Part shown: in pieces, positions 47,886 through 57,438 of the stretch
How positions within the stretch are numbered: position 1 is the first letter of the stretch
Layout: each line of letters begins with the position of its first letter
IMG/VR virus record: IMGVR_UViG_3300025838_000022
Location: 32,001 to 96,000 of that record
Direction: 5' to 3' (one strand)
DNA length: 64,000 bases
DNA from: a virus
Taxonomy: Duplodnaviria; Caudoviricetes
Notes under the pieces: generated by a model
Database searches by the model: none
What the model saw: only the letters and a program-made list of their open reading frames with translations
Told to the model about the DNA's origin: nothing
Position numbers and translations under genes: made by a program

Positions 47886-48657
47886 TTGGCAAAAAGATTA
47901 CGTTGATCTCAAGTATGAGTTCTTAGACGATGACGAAATCGAATACCTAGAGCAGAAGTACCCACAGTTTGAATCGTTCAACAAGCGTGGTTGCCCAACG
48001 TGTGATGACCACACATGCGGTGACTGCAAGATTCAGCTGCAGTTGTACAAGCACTACCTGCGTGCAGGCATTGGTCTAAACTACCAGAAGCTTGATTGGA
48101 CAGACTTCAATGGTGACGAGAAGGCATCTGACCTTGCTCGCATTTATCTGGGCCAGCACAAAGATTTTGTCAAGGGTGGTATGGGCTTGCTCTACCACGG
48201 TACATGGGGCACAGGTAAGACGCTGCTCACTAGTCTTGTTGCCAAAGAGTTAGTCAAGCTGGGATACAAGGTGTACTTTGCTACATTTACCCAGATGGTT
48301 GACGAGTTCACCCGTGGTTGGGGAAGCAACGAAGACAAGGCACGCTTCGAGAGCAAGGTCGTTAAGAGCGACGTGTTCTTCCTGGACGACATTGGTAAGG
48401 AGTTCCGCACCAAGAACAACCTCAGTGAAGCAACCTTTGACCACGTGCTGCGTCAGCGTGCGTTGGACAACCGCCCAACCTTCATCACCACGAACATGAC
48501 GATCGAGGAGTTGAACGAGGGCTACGGTAGTGCTATATTCTCTTTGCTCAAGGAACGTATGATTGTGCATGAGATGACCGGCATTGACTACCGTGAGTAT
48601 GCACGGAACCGCACTCTTGATGAGATCAAGAACGGTACCACCCGCAAAATTATCTAA
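47857..48657 (+). CDS. dnaC: DnaC/IstB-like helicase loader ATPase
   Basis: GTWGTGKT Walker A, FFLDDIGKE Walker B, TFITTN. Confidence 0.85.
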   Translation: MTSLSDSLFDWQKDYVDLKYEFLDDDEIEYLEQKYPQFESFNKRGCPTCDDHTCGDCKIQLQLYKHYLRAGIGLNYQKLDWTDFNGDEKASDLARIYLGQHKDFVKGGMGLLYHGTWGTGKTLLTSLVAKELVKLGYKVYFATFTQMVDEFTRGWGSNEDKARFESKVVKSDVFFLDDIGKEFRTKNNLSEATFDHVLRQRALDNRPTFITTNMTIEELNEGYGSAIFSLLKERMIVHEMTGIDYREYARNRTLDEIKNGTTRKII

Positions 48658-48671
48658 TAGAAAGTAAGAAA

Positions 48672-49952
48672 ATGGACATTGAAAAGTCATTGGTAGCACA
48701 CTTCAGCGACCTCGAAAGCTTTAACGAAATTTGGAATAAGGGTATCCGTAGCGAGCACTTCTTCGACCCAGGCGTCCGAGAGCTGTTTGAATACAGCCTG
48801 GACTACTACGTGCGCAGTGAGTTCAAACAAACGGTTACGCAGGACTTTCTTGAGTCAAAGTTTGATGATTATTTTGCTCGTAACAACTGGCCAGACGAAA
48901 AGTATTTGGTCGGTGTGCTCATTGAAGAGATGGTCACAAAGTATCGGAAGTCCACCACACAGAGTATTCTGCTCAAGGCAGCTAATGCTCTTGAAGAAGA
49001 TCCAGAGGCTGGTATCTCACTAGCTTTGAGCAGCTTGTCAAAGATTCAGAGCGACACTAGCACTCGTGAGCGCATTGAAATCTATGGTGAAGGCTACGAG
49101 CGTCGTGTCAACGATTACATCGATGAAGTGGCTAACCCCATGCGAGACAAGAAGGGAATCTACCTGGGATGGGACCAGCTAAACGATCACATGTACGGCA
49201 TCCAGAAGGGTGAGCTTGCTGTGGTAGTTGGTATCCCCAACGTAGGTAAGTCATGGATTGGTTCGGTGATTGCGCTGGAAGCAGCACGACGCAAGAACAA
49301 AGTGTACTTTGCATCGCTTGAACTTCGTAAAGAGCTGACCCTGATGCGCCTTGACTGCCTTGCCAGCGGTGTGCCTTACAGCCGTTACGAACGTGGACAA
49401 CTGACCCCCAATGAGCTGAAGCGTCTCAAGGAAGCACGTGAAGAGATCATGGAGTTCGGTGAGTACTTGCTTATTGACTCGCCTAGCAAGAAGTCTGAGC
49501 GTACTGTGCTCGAGCTGTACTCCAAGGCTAAGCACTGGGGTGCTGACCTCATGGTGGGTGACCAGTTGTCATGGATTACCAGCGAGAAGAACTTTGGTTC
49601 ATCGAGCAACTACCAGTCTCTTCAGATGGCTGAAGTCATCAACGACGTTGCCTCTGTCAACCGTGAGATGGGCATGGCATCCGTGTGGCTGGCACAGTTC
49701 AACCGTGAAGCTACCAAGAGCAAGAAGGGCCGTGGTGGCCTGGGGAACATTGGTCTGTCATCACAGATTGAACAAGTGGTCGACATCGCCCTTGGTATCG
49801 GTTGCACGGCTGAGATGAAGCGCCAGGAGGCACTGGTTATGGACATCATGAAGTCACGTCGTAGCGACCTCAAGTCATGGATGATGGGGTTCGAGTTGCG
49901 CGACCGTACCAGCTTGAGTATAGTTAGAGAATACGAAGAAGCAGGAGAGTAA
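48672..49952 (+). CDS. dnaB: DnaB-like replicative helicase
   Basis: GIPNVGKS, SLE, AQFNR, IEQ..D and KSR motifs. Confidence 0.88.
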   Translation: MDIEKSLVAHFSDLESFNEIWNKGIRSEHFFDPGVRELFEYSLDYYVRSEFKQTVTQDFLESKFDDYFARNNWPDEKYLVGVLIEEMVTKYRKSTTQSILLKAANALEEDPEAGISLALSSLSKIQSDTSTRERIEIYGEGYERRVNDYIDEVANPMRDKKGIYLGWDQLNDHMYGIQKGELAVVVGIPNVGKSWIGSVIALEAARRKNKVYFASLELRKELTLMRLDCLASGVPYSRYERGQLTPNELKRLKEAREEIMEFGEYLLIDSPSKKSERTVLELYSKAKHWGADLMVGDQLSWITSEKNFGSSSNYQSLQMAEVINDVASVNREMGMASVWLAQFNREATKSKKGRGGLGNIGLSSQIEQVVDIALGIGCTAEMKRQEALVMDIMKSRRSDLKSWMMGFELRDRTSLSIVREYEEAGE

Positions 49953-49954
49953 GA

Positions 49955-50380
49955 ATGCAAACATTTGTTCCATACGCAAATTTCAGTCAGACAGCAAAGG
50001 TGCTAGATATGAAGCGTTTGGGGAAGCAAAGGGTAGAAACGCTGCAGATCATGAAGGCACTGCTAGACCCATCGTACGGTTGGCAGAACCACCCAGCTGT
50101 AAAAATGTGGCGTGGTCACGAGATGTATTTGTTCATCTACCAGGAAGCAATCTGTAACGAGTGGACATCACGTGGTTACAAGGACACTTGCCTTGAGAAG
50201 ACCCGTGCGCTGATTGAACAGCAGAACGTTGGCATTGGCAAGCCATCGTGGTTGGGTAGAGAAGATATTCACGAAAGTCACCGTAGCAACTTGACTCGTA
50301 AGTTCCCTGAATGGTACAGTCAATTTTGGGACGAGTCAGAAGACCTCCCTTACGTATGGCCCGAGGAGGTCTTGGTATGA
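49955..50380 (+). CDS. MSMEG_6728-family pyrimidine-dimer DNA glycosylase-like protein
   Basis: MQTF.P...LD.KRLGKQRVE.LQI, HPAV.MW.G, SHRSNL and YVWP motifs. Confidence 0.85.
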   Translation: MQTFVPYANFSQTAKVLDMKRLGKQRVETLQIMKALLDPSYGWQNHPAVKMWRGHEMYLFIYQEAICNEWTSRGYKDTCLEKTRALIEQQNVGIGKPSWLGREDIHESHRSNLTRKFPEWYSQFWDESEDLPYVWPEEVLV

Positions 50381-50766
50381 TTGTTTGTTCAGACTGCATG
50401 CAGCCAGTAGGTTTGCACAAAGACAATAGAAGTTACTACCACTTGCCACCAATGAAAGATCACTGCGATGTAAACTTTGTCTTTGGTCTCGACCTCGGTA
50501 AAACGCCTAAAACTACTATCAAGATCCTAAGGGAAATTGCAGAAGAAAATAGACAGTTGATTGATCGAATTGATCGTGCCATGGTTCACCTTGAGAAAAA
50601 AGACATTAGCAGTGCAATGGTTACGCTTGAGGGTAAAGATTCACAGCACTGCATAGATTGCGGTGGAAGTTTCTATTTTGAAGATGAGAAACACTATCCA
50701 ACTCATTGCCCCAACGGTTGCTGTTGGCATGGTGTTGATGAAGTATACGAGGAGTGTGAACGATGA
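50377..50766 (+). CDS. Hypothetical Cys-rich protein
   Basis: ATGA overlap, GAGGAGG SD, two CxxC motifs. Confidence 0.65.
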   Translation: MIVCSDCMQPVGLHKDNRSYYHLPPMKDHCDVNFVFGLDLGKTPKTTIKILREIAEENRQLIDRIDRAMVHLEKKDISSAMVTLEGKDSQHCIDCGGSFYFEDEKHYPTHCPNGCCWHGVDEVYEECER

Positions 50767-50836
50767 ATATACAGCTAGCCCATGTTTTGTTGGCATTTTC
50801 TGCTGGTTATTTTTTACGTGCTTTCATTTCAAGACG

Positions 50837-50989
50837 ATGACAAGAGAACAACTATATGAAAAGCACCAACCTATCTTCCAGAACCAAGGTAGGAAAGGTA
50901 ACGTTAATTACTGTTTTGGCTGCAAGGGACCAAACAATACGTTGATCCAAACGTGGCCATGTGATGTTATAAGGGCTCTCGATGCGTAA
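50837..50989 (+). CDS. Small putative Zn-binding protein
   Basis: EKHQP...CFGC...WPCDVI..LDA. Paralog of 62239..62490. Confidence 0.65.
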   Translation: MTREQLYEKHQPIFQNQGRKGNVNYCFGCKGPNNTLIQTWPCDVIRALDA

Positions 50990-51143
50990 GAATGAAAAAG
51001 GTTTCTGGGAATGTAGACTACCCATTAACCCAATGAAACACCCAAGTAAGTTGTATGAACAGGCATTAAACGACCTAAGCCCAAGGGATCGTGAGTTCAT
51101 GGAAAAAATTAAGGACGATTTGAAATGGCTGAAGGACAGCTAA
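50982..51143 (+). CDS. 53-aa hypothetical protein (not in ORF track)
   Basis: Fills the gap before the primase gene. Confidence 0.45.
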   Translation: MRKNEKGFWECRLPINPMKHPSKLYEQALNDLSPRDREFMEKIKDDLKWLKDS

Positions 51144-52144
51144 AAGAGATCTTCGCAGGCCTCGATGCACACGTAGTGCTCCAGGACATGCTTGGCGTGG
51201 GAGAAATCAACGAGAACGGCGATGAGCTGATCCACCGTTGTCCTCTACCATTTGGTAACCACCGTAACGGTGATGCCAACCCTTCATCAAGCCTGAACAA
51301 AGAGACGCTGTTGTTCAACTGCTTTACCTGCGGTGGCGGTAGCGTCATTTGGCTTGTACAGCACTGCTTAAACATAACCCGTGAAGAAGCCATAGCCAAG
51401 CTCATGGGCGAGGTGCGTGGCACAAACATCATCCATGTAGAGGATTTCATCAAGCGTCTAGAAGGCATCTTTGAAGAAGACCACATTGAGCGCAATGATA
51501 TCCCTGTATACAGTGACACGCTCCTTCGTCGTTGGGAGAGAGTGTGTGGCTACCTCACAGACAGAGGTGTGTCAGAGGCGGTGCAGCGGGAGATGCGCAC
51601 GGGCGTGGAGGAGAATCGGTCCGAATTTTCTAAATCCAGCACAGGCGAGCACATGGTGACCCTTGACAGGGTCGTACTCCCTCACTTCATGAATGGCAAT
51701 CTCATTGGTTGGGTAGCTCGCAAGATACAAAACGTCGATGGGGTTCCCAAGTACCGTAATTCCAAAGGGTTCCCTCGTGGAGCATGGCTGTATAATTTGG
51801 ACAACGCCAGGGCGTACGATGAGGTGTACGTTGTTGAGAGCCCCATGAGTGTGCTCGTGCTGAAGAGTAGGGGCATTGACAATGTGGTGGCCACGTTCGG
51901 CGCAAAAGTTGACAAGCAGCAGCTCAACCTGCTCCGCAATTTTTCGAGAGTTAATATCTTTATGGACGGTGACACTCCTGGTCGGATGGCTACGCAGCAC
52001 CTTATAGAAAGTTTAGGAACTTATACAAAATTGTCTATAATTGAGACACCTGACGACGAAGATCCTGCTACACTTACTTCTATCCCCCAACCAATAAGTT
52101 CTTTTGAGTACCAGTTACAGCACTGCTTGACTCGCAGTAGTTAG
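51125..52144 (+). CDS. dnaG: DNA primase (CHC2 zinc finger plus TOPRIM)
   Basis: CPLP..H...PS...FNCFTC, KY.N, VVES and MDGD..G motifs. Confidence 0.88.
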   Translation: MAEGQLKEIFAGLDAHVVLQDMLGVGEINENGDELIHRCPLPFGNHRNGDANPSSSLNKETLLFNCFTCGGGSVIWLVQHCLNITREEAIAKLMGEVRGTNIIHVEDFIKRLEGIFEEDHIERNDIPVYSDTLLRRWERVCGYLTDRGVSEAVQREMRTGVEENRSEFSKSSTGEHMVTLDRVVLPHFMNGNLIGWVARKIQNVDGVPKYRNSKGFPRGAWLYNLDNARAYDEVYVVESPMSVLVLKSRGIDNVVATFGAKVDKQQLNLLRNFSRVNIFMDGDTPGRMATQHLIESLGTYTKLSIIETPDDEDPATLTSIPQPISSFEYQLQHCLTRSS

Positions 52145-52156
52145 AGCTGCTACACT
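52127..52156 (+). promoter_or_regulatory. SigA-type promoter
   Basis: TTGACT-N18-TACACT with extended TG. Confidence 0.6.
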
Positions 52157-52219
52157 CATTAGAAGCAGTACCAAAACCAAAAATACAGCCCTAGGGCTTC
52201 TGAACAGAAAGACACTAAA

Positions 52220-53074
52220 ATGGCATTAGCTAAAGGCATGGCTGCCGTAAAAGCCAGCATTGAACGCTCCCAGCAGGGTAGCGGAGGTCCCAAGACGTAC
52301 GACCAGACCAACTGGTTCTACTGGACCGCAGGAGAGGCCAAGGCCCTCCGATTCCTCACGGACAGCAACGACATCTTCGTTGTGCCAGTTCACGAGAACG
52401 TCCCCACCCACGACGGTAAGAAGAAGACATTCGTCTGCCGTTCGGTGTTCGACGCTAAGTGTGAGCTCTGCGCTCGTGAGAAGGGTACCCCTGGTGCCTA
52501 CCGTCGTGACGTGGGCTACGGCGTTGCCGTGCTCCGCGAAGAAGTCAAGGTTGAAGGTAAAACCACTGGCTACCGTGACGTTACGTCTGAGTACACCGAG
52601 GTTGTTGACGGTAAGACTGTCACCAAGAAGAAGCCATACGTGGGTATTGTTGCCCAGGGCATGCGCAACTTCTGGAACCAGATTGCCGTGATCTCCGAGA
52701 AGTACGGTTCACTCCGTGACCGTGAGATCGAGATCCTTCGACAGGGTGCCGGTACTGACACCACGTACATGGCGTTTGCTCTTCCCGAGATGGTCATCAC
52801 GGACAAGAATGGTAACCCCAACATCGATGAGCGTTACGCTAAGTTCATGCCAGATGTTGAGGCATTCCTTAACCGTATCGGTAGCCAGGAGTACTACGAT
52901 GCTCAGCTGCACGGTATCGTGAAGGAAAAGAGCGACAATAAGTCCTTCACCAACACCAGCTCGTCTGCTAGCTTTGAGTCAGATGACGACGAGTACGGTG
53001 AAGACGAGTACGTCTCGATTGATGAAGAGACCACTGCTGACCGCCTCAAGCGCAAGCTTGCAGCTCAGCAATAA
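52220..53074 (+). CDS. Single-stranded DNA-binding protein (gp32-like)
   Basis: LRFL, H...C...CELC, R.G.G.DTTY, acidic C-terminal tail, strong codon bias. Confidence 0.75.
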   Translation: MALAKGMAAVKASIERSQQGSGGPKTYDQTNWFYWTAGEAKALRFLTDSNDIFVVPVHENVPTHDGKKKTFVCRSVFDAKCELCAREKGTPGAYRRDVGYGVAVLREEVKVEGKTTGYRDVTSEYTEVVDGKTVTKKKPYVGIVAQGMRNFWNQIAVISEKYGSLRDREIEILRQGAGTDTTYMAFALPEMVITDKNGNPNIDERYAKFMPDVEAFLNRIGSQEYYDAQLHGIVKEKSDNKSFTNTSSSASFESDDDEYGEDEYVSIDEETTADRLKRKLAAQQ

Positions 53075-53106
53075 GTTTGCTTAATACCCTCCTCAGGTAA
53101 GCAAAT

Positions 53107-53161
53107 GACTGGTACACCCAGGGTGTTCTCGATGACACTCTGCACCCTGGGTGTGCTAGTC
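53107..53161 (+). terminator. 19-bp hairpin between ssb and dnaE
   Basis: GACTGGTACACCCAGGGTG pairs fully with CACCCTGGGTGTGCTAGTC, including two G-U pairs. Confidence 0.65.
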
Positions 53162-53181
53162 GACTATAGTAAGGACTCGTT

Positions 53182-56100
53182 ATGACAGACAATCTTGTTC
53201 ACCTTCACGTTCACACCGAGCACTCATTTTTGGACGGTCTCTCTACCGTCGATCAATTGGTCAACCGAGTGGTGGACCTTGGCCAAAGTGCAGTGGCCAT
53301 TACCGACCACGGCGAATGCTCTGGTCACCTGCGCCTACAACACGCTGCCGATAAGTCTGGCATTAAACCCCTGTTCGGTATGGAGGGATACTTCACCGAG
53401 AACCGTTTCGACAAGAGCGGTAAGAAGGGTGAGAACTACGACCACATGACCATTGTGGCCATGAATAACCAAGGCTTGGAAAACCTCTGGGCGTTGTCAA
53501 GCTTGGCGTACATTGAAGGTAGCTACTACGGCAATGCTCGCTTTGACTGGGAGCTCCTTGAGAAGTACAACGAAGGGCTTATCGTTACCGGTGGCTGTAT
53601 GGGTGGATGCATTGGCAAACACCTTAAGGATGATGGCAACTACTCCAAGGCTGTAGAGCGCATTGGTCGTTATCAGGCCATCTTTGGTGACCGCTTCCAC
53701 CTTGAACTGCACACCTACCTCGACCCTGAGAGCAACGAATGGAACATGCGAGTGGCAGAGGCTGCCCTCGACTTCAGCGTGCCCATGATTACTGTGAGCG
53801 ATGCACACTACGCAGCACCCGACCAGTGGTATGCGCACGAGCTGATGACTGCTGTGCAAATGGGTAAAACCATGAACGACCCCACACGGTTTAGTTATGG
53901 CCCTAACCAGTTGTGCTTGTTCTCAGAAGAAGAGACACGTAGCCGTTTGAGCTACTTGCCAGAAAGCATCGTTGATCAGGCAATTAAGCGTACGTCAGAG
54001 ATTGCTGACATGTGCGATGCTCGAGTTCCTGGCGCACGCAAGATGCCAGTGTTTTACAACACCGCCAAGATGGACGAGCGCAAGCTACGTGAGACTGCCG
54101 AGGAAGGTTTTAATCGAAAGATCGTTGGCCAAGTGGCCGATGATATTCTACAAAAATACCGTGACCGTCTTGACTACGAGCTAGATGTTGTTATCACCCG
54201 TGGATTCCCGGGGTACTTCTTAACCGTACAAGACATTATTAATTGGAGTAAAAATGAAAACTTTTTGGTTGGTCCTAGCCGCGGTTCAGTCGGCGGAAGC
54301 CTTCTTGCTTACGTTATGGACATCACTGAAGTCGATCCGATCCCCTCTGGCCTTATTTTTGAGCGGTTTCTTAATCCTGAGCGCGTCTCTATGCCTGATA
54401 TTGACATTGATATGCCCAAGCTAGAGCGGGGCATGGTACGTGATTATCTTGAACGAAAGTATGGACGCTACAACATTGCCTCGATTGGCACGCTTAACAC
54501 ACTAGGACCAAAGCAATCAATCAAAGATGCTTGTCGTGGCCTGGGCATTAACAAGGATGACACGCAAAAGATGTGTGACATCATTGACGACGACTGGAAC
54601 ATCAAGAACCGTGGTGCAACATGGGATGATGTCATGGATAAGTATGGTCCTGACTACTCACCATGGATTGCACGTTATCCAAAGCTGTTTGAGAACCTGC
54701 CAGAGTTTGTTAACCACATTCGCCACGCTAGTGCTCACGCTGCAGGTATCGTTGTCAGCAAAGACTCGCTTATTGGTGCCATGCCACTGCGTTACAACCC
54801 AAGCAACGATGATATCCGTACGCAATTCGACATGGGTGACGTTGATGAGCTTGGTTTTGTAAAGATTGACTTGCTTGGTCTTCGTACGCTGAGTACGCTC
54901 ATGGCCGCATTAGACCTAATCAAGGAGAACAACGGTGGCACCTTACCTTTCCGTCATTTCTATGAATGGAATTACGAATGGTCAAAGTATTACGACGACC
55001 CAGCTGTCTGGGACTCAATCGGCACCGGTCACAATATTGGGCTATTTCAAATCGAGACAGGTTCCCTTAGAAGTTTGGTTAAGCGGTTCCAACCACGAAG
55101 CATAGAAGACCTGTGCACCATGATTGCCATCTACCGCCCTGGCATCACCAGAGCTGTGGACTCCGAGACGGGGTTGAACCTGCTCGAGATGTACATGCAG
55201 AAGCGTGAGGGAAAGCGCCCCGTCAAATTTAAACACAGTAAGCTAAGTGCAATACTTGGTGTATCGTACGGAAGCTTTGTTTACCAGGAACAGATCATGG
55301 AAACGTGCGTAGCACTAGCTGGTTACACCATTGTGGAGACTGACCGTGTGCGCAAAGCTGTGGCAAAGTCTAATTATGAAGACATGGTGGAAGAGGCCGA
55401 GATCTTCGTAAAGAAGTGCGTGGAGAACGGTGTCGACGAGGACACAGCAAAGTCTATTTTTGATGACATGCGTGCATTCGGTATGTATGGGTTCAACAAG
55501 AGCCATGGTTATGGCTACTCCATGCTTGCCTACTGGACTGCTTGGATGAAGCACTACTACCCACGTGAATACATGACTGCGTTGTTCCGCACCAACCCAT
55601 CTGACAACGTGGTGTACACACGGGAAGCTCGACGTATGGGTATCCAGGTGCTTGGACCAGACATTAACGAAAGTGGTAGCAATTTTACCTTGACAAAGAA
55701 CGGTAGTATCCGTTATGGTCTGAACAGTGTTAAGTATGTAGCTAACGCTGCAGCCGAGATACAAAAGCTTGGGCCGTTCAAGAGCATGGAAGACTTCATC
55801 GCTCGTGTTCCTACCCGTCGAATTAACAAGCGTGTTATTATCTCTATGATTCGTGCTGGTGTATTTGACAGTATTTGTGGTGACCCCAGGACTGCGCTGT
55901 ATGAATATTGTAAAGACCGTAAAGAGTTCAAAAAGAAAATAAATGAACAATGCCCTGAAGACTGCCCTTATTGTGCTGGACGCGATAACTTTTTTGATTG
56001 TTATGCGACCAACGAAGAAAAGATTGACGATAGAGGAGCAAATGAACAAGAGCTCCTTGGCACTATGGTTAGTATCGATCCCCTGGCTGATTATATTGAT

Positions 56101-56475
56101 GTAATCGAAGAGGAACACAACTTCCCTGGCGAGAAGAAGATGTTCAAGGGTGAGAAGGCTATGATTGGTGGCATTCTCACTCAGGTGAAGCAATTGGTCA
56201 CCAAGAAGGGTAAGAACCCGGGTTCAGAGATGTGCCAGCTTTGGGTAGAGCTTCCTATTACTACCACAGAAGAGGACTTGTTGCTTGATGAAGAAATCGA
56301 AGAGGTCTCTACGAAAGATGAAAGCGTTCAAATCGTGGCTTTCCCCGATACGTACAAAAGAGTCCGAGAAAGCCTTGAGATCGGCACGCCGGTCCTGGTG
56401 GAAGTAGAGAAGCTCAAGGACGGTCTCAGCCTCCGCAACTTGTTCCGGCTTGACAAGCTCAAAGAGACCTGCTAG
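53182..56475 (+). CDS. dnaE: DNA polymerase III alpha subunit
   Basis: PHP motif HLHVHTEHS.LDG, RGS..GS, PDIDID, KIDLLGL and FNKSH. Confidence 0.96.
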   Translation: MTDNLVHLHVHTEHSFLDGLSTVDQLVNRVVDLGQSAVAITDHGECSGHLRLQHAADKSGIKPLFGMEGYFTENRFDKSGKKGENYDHMTIVAMNNQGLENLWALSSLAYIEGSYYGNARFDWELLEKYNEGLIVTGGCMGGCIGKHLKDDGNYSKAVERIGRYQAIFGDRFHLELHTYLDPESNEWNMRVAEAALDFSVPMITVSDAHYAAPDQWYAHELMTAVQMGKTMNDPTRFSYGPNQLCLFSEEETRSRLSYLPESIVDQAIKRTSEIADMCDARVPGARKMPVFYNTAKMDERKLRETAEEGFNRKIVGQVADDILQKYRDRLDYELDVVITRGFPGYFLTVQDIINWSKNENFLVGPSRGSVGGSLLAYVMDITEVDPIPSGLIFERFLNPERVSMPDIDIDMPKLERGMVRDYLERKYGRYNIASIGTLNTLGPKQSIKDACRGLGINKDDTQKMCDIIDDDWNIKNRGATWDDVMDKYGPDYSPWIARYPKLFENLPEFVNHIRHASAHAAGIVVSKDSLIGAMPLRYNPSNDDIRTQFDMGDVDELGFVKIDLLGLRTLSTLMAALDLIKENNGGTLPFRHFYEWNYEWSKYYDDPAVWDSIGTGHNIGLFQIETGSLRSLVKRFQPRSIEDLCTMIAIYRPGITRAVDSETGLNLLEMYMQKREGKRPVKFKHSKLSAILGVSYGSFVYQEQIMETCVALAGYTIVETDRVRKAVAKSNYEDMVEEAEIFVKKCVENGVDEDTAKSIFDDMRAFGMYGFNKSHGYGYSMLAYWTAWMKHYYPREYMTALFRTNPSDNVVYTREARRMGIQVLGPDINESGSNFTLTKNGSIRYGLNSVKYVANAAAEIQKLGPFKSMEDFIARVPTRRINKRVIISMIRAGVFDSICGDPRTALYEYCKDRKEFKKKINEQCPEDCPYCAGRDNFFDCYATNEEKIDDRGANEQELLGTMVSIDPLADYIDVIEEEHNFPGEKKMFKGEKAMIGGILTQVKQLVTKKGKNPGSEMCQLWVELPITTTEEDLLLDEEIEEVSTKDESVQIVAFPDTYKRVRESLEIGTPVLVEVEKLKDGLSLRNLFRLDKLKETC

Positions 56476-56503
56476 TCTGACTTCCAGTAAGAAAGGAGTG
56501 CGA

Positions 56504-56647
56504 ATGTCTCGCAAAATAAACTTAAAGAAGTGGCAATGCCCAAAGTGCAAAGACGAAGTACAGGCGCTAGCCAGTGCAGTTGCACACCGTTGTCCAAGTA
56601 ACAAAACAGCTTTCACCGCATATGTGCTCATCGAGGAGGATGAATAA
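56504..56647 (+). CDS. Small Zn-ribbon protein
   Basis: AAAGGAG SD, WQCPKC...HRC. Confidence 0.6.
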   Translation: MSRKINLKKWQCPKCKDEVQALASAVAHRCPSNKTAFTAYVLIEEDE

Positions 56648-56952
56648 TGCAGTACGCAGACCTAGAGAACAGCAACATCAAGCTGCTGGCCCACGAAGAA
56701 AACGAGTGCATGAGCCCCAGTGCCTGCACGATCCACAACCGCACAGACCACCACATGAGAAGCTTTAAACAGTTTTACCGTTTTGATCGTGGTATCATGG
56801 AGCGGATCTGCAGCCACGGCATTGGCCACCCAGATCCAGATGATTTTAAGATCATCAACGGCAACGACAAAGGTGAGCACGGATGCGATGGTTGCTGTAT
56901 TAGATTTGCAACCGAAGAAGAATACCTTGATTCACAAAAGCATGGTGAGTAG
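56647..56952 (+). CDS. Hypothetical phage protein
   Basis: C.IH...ERIC.HG.GHPDPD...HGCDGCC motif. Confidence 0.75.
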   Translation: MQYADLENSNIKLLAHEENECMSPSACTIHNRTDHHMRSFKQFYRFDRGIMERICSHGIGHPDPDDFKIINGNDKGEHGCDGCCIRFATEEEYLDSQKHGE

Positions 56953-57066
56953 TGCAGATTACAATTGACATTGACCCAAGAACGTATGCTAATATGATGC
57001 GTGAAGCTGTGTATTATAGAATTAACGACCCAGAAGAATTTATCGAAACAAAATTGGAGGAGCTAT

Positions 57067-57438
57067 ATGGCTAAGGATGATAAGTACCAGTACGAAAAGA
57101 ATCCGTGGAAGGATCCATACAAGGACATCTGGAAGAAGGACTGGCACGAGAAGAAGTGTGACTGCAAGAAGTGCTCGCCCGAATGCGAGAGATGCAAATC
57201 AATGTCTGCGCACCCCAGCTCACAGCCAGTTGTAGAGCCAGTGCTCACCGTAGAGGAAGCTCTCGAAGCGTACCGTAAGGCTAAGCTTGCACACATTACC
57301 GCTCAGAACAATGCACGTAAGGCTAAGGAAGCGTTGGCTGCTCTTGATAAGGAGACCATCGACACTTACTCCGCAGAGATTTTGGCTAAGGCTGCTCTCG
57401 AGCGTGCACTGAGCGAAGAGGCCAAGAACAATGGCTAG
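57067..57438 (+). CDS. Hypothetical protein
   Basis: ATG at 57067 with a GGAGG SD. Promoter-like TTGACA...TGCTAATAT at 56965-56995. Confidence 0.7.
   Translation: MAKDDKYQYEKNPWKDPYKDIWKKDWHEKKCDCKKCSPECERCKSMSAHPSSQPVVEPVLTVEEALEAYRKAKLAHITAQNNARKAKEALAALDKETIDTYSAEILAKAALERALSEEAKNNG

Noticed and set aside
55315-56193. Long minus-strand ORFs (this 292-aa one; also 13045..13632, 14768..15388, 57497..58090)
   Set aside because: They are antisense shadows of well-supported plus-strand genes with biased codons and show no recognisable motifs.
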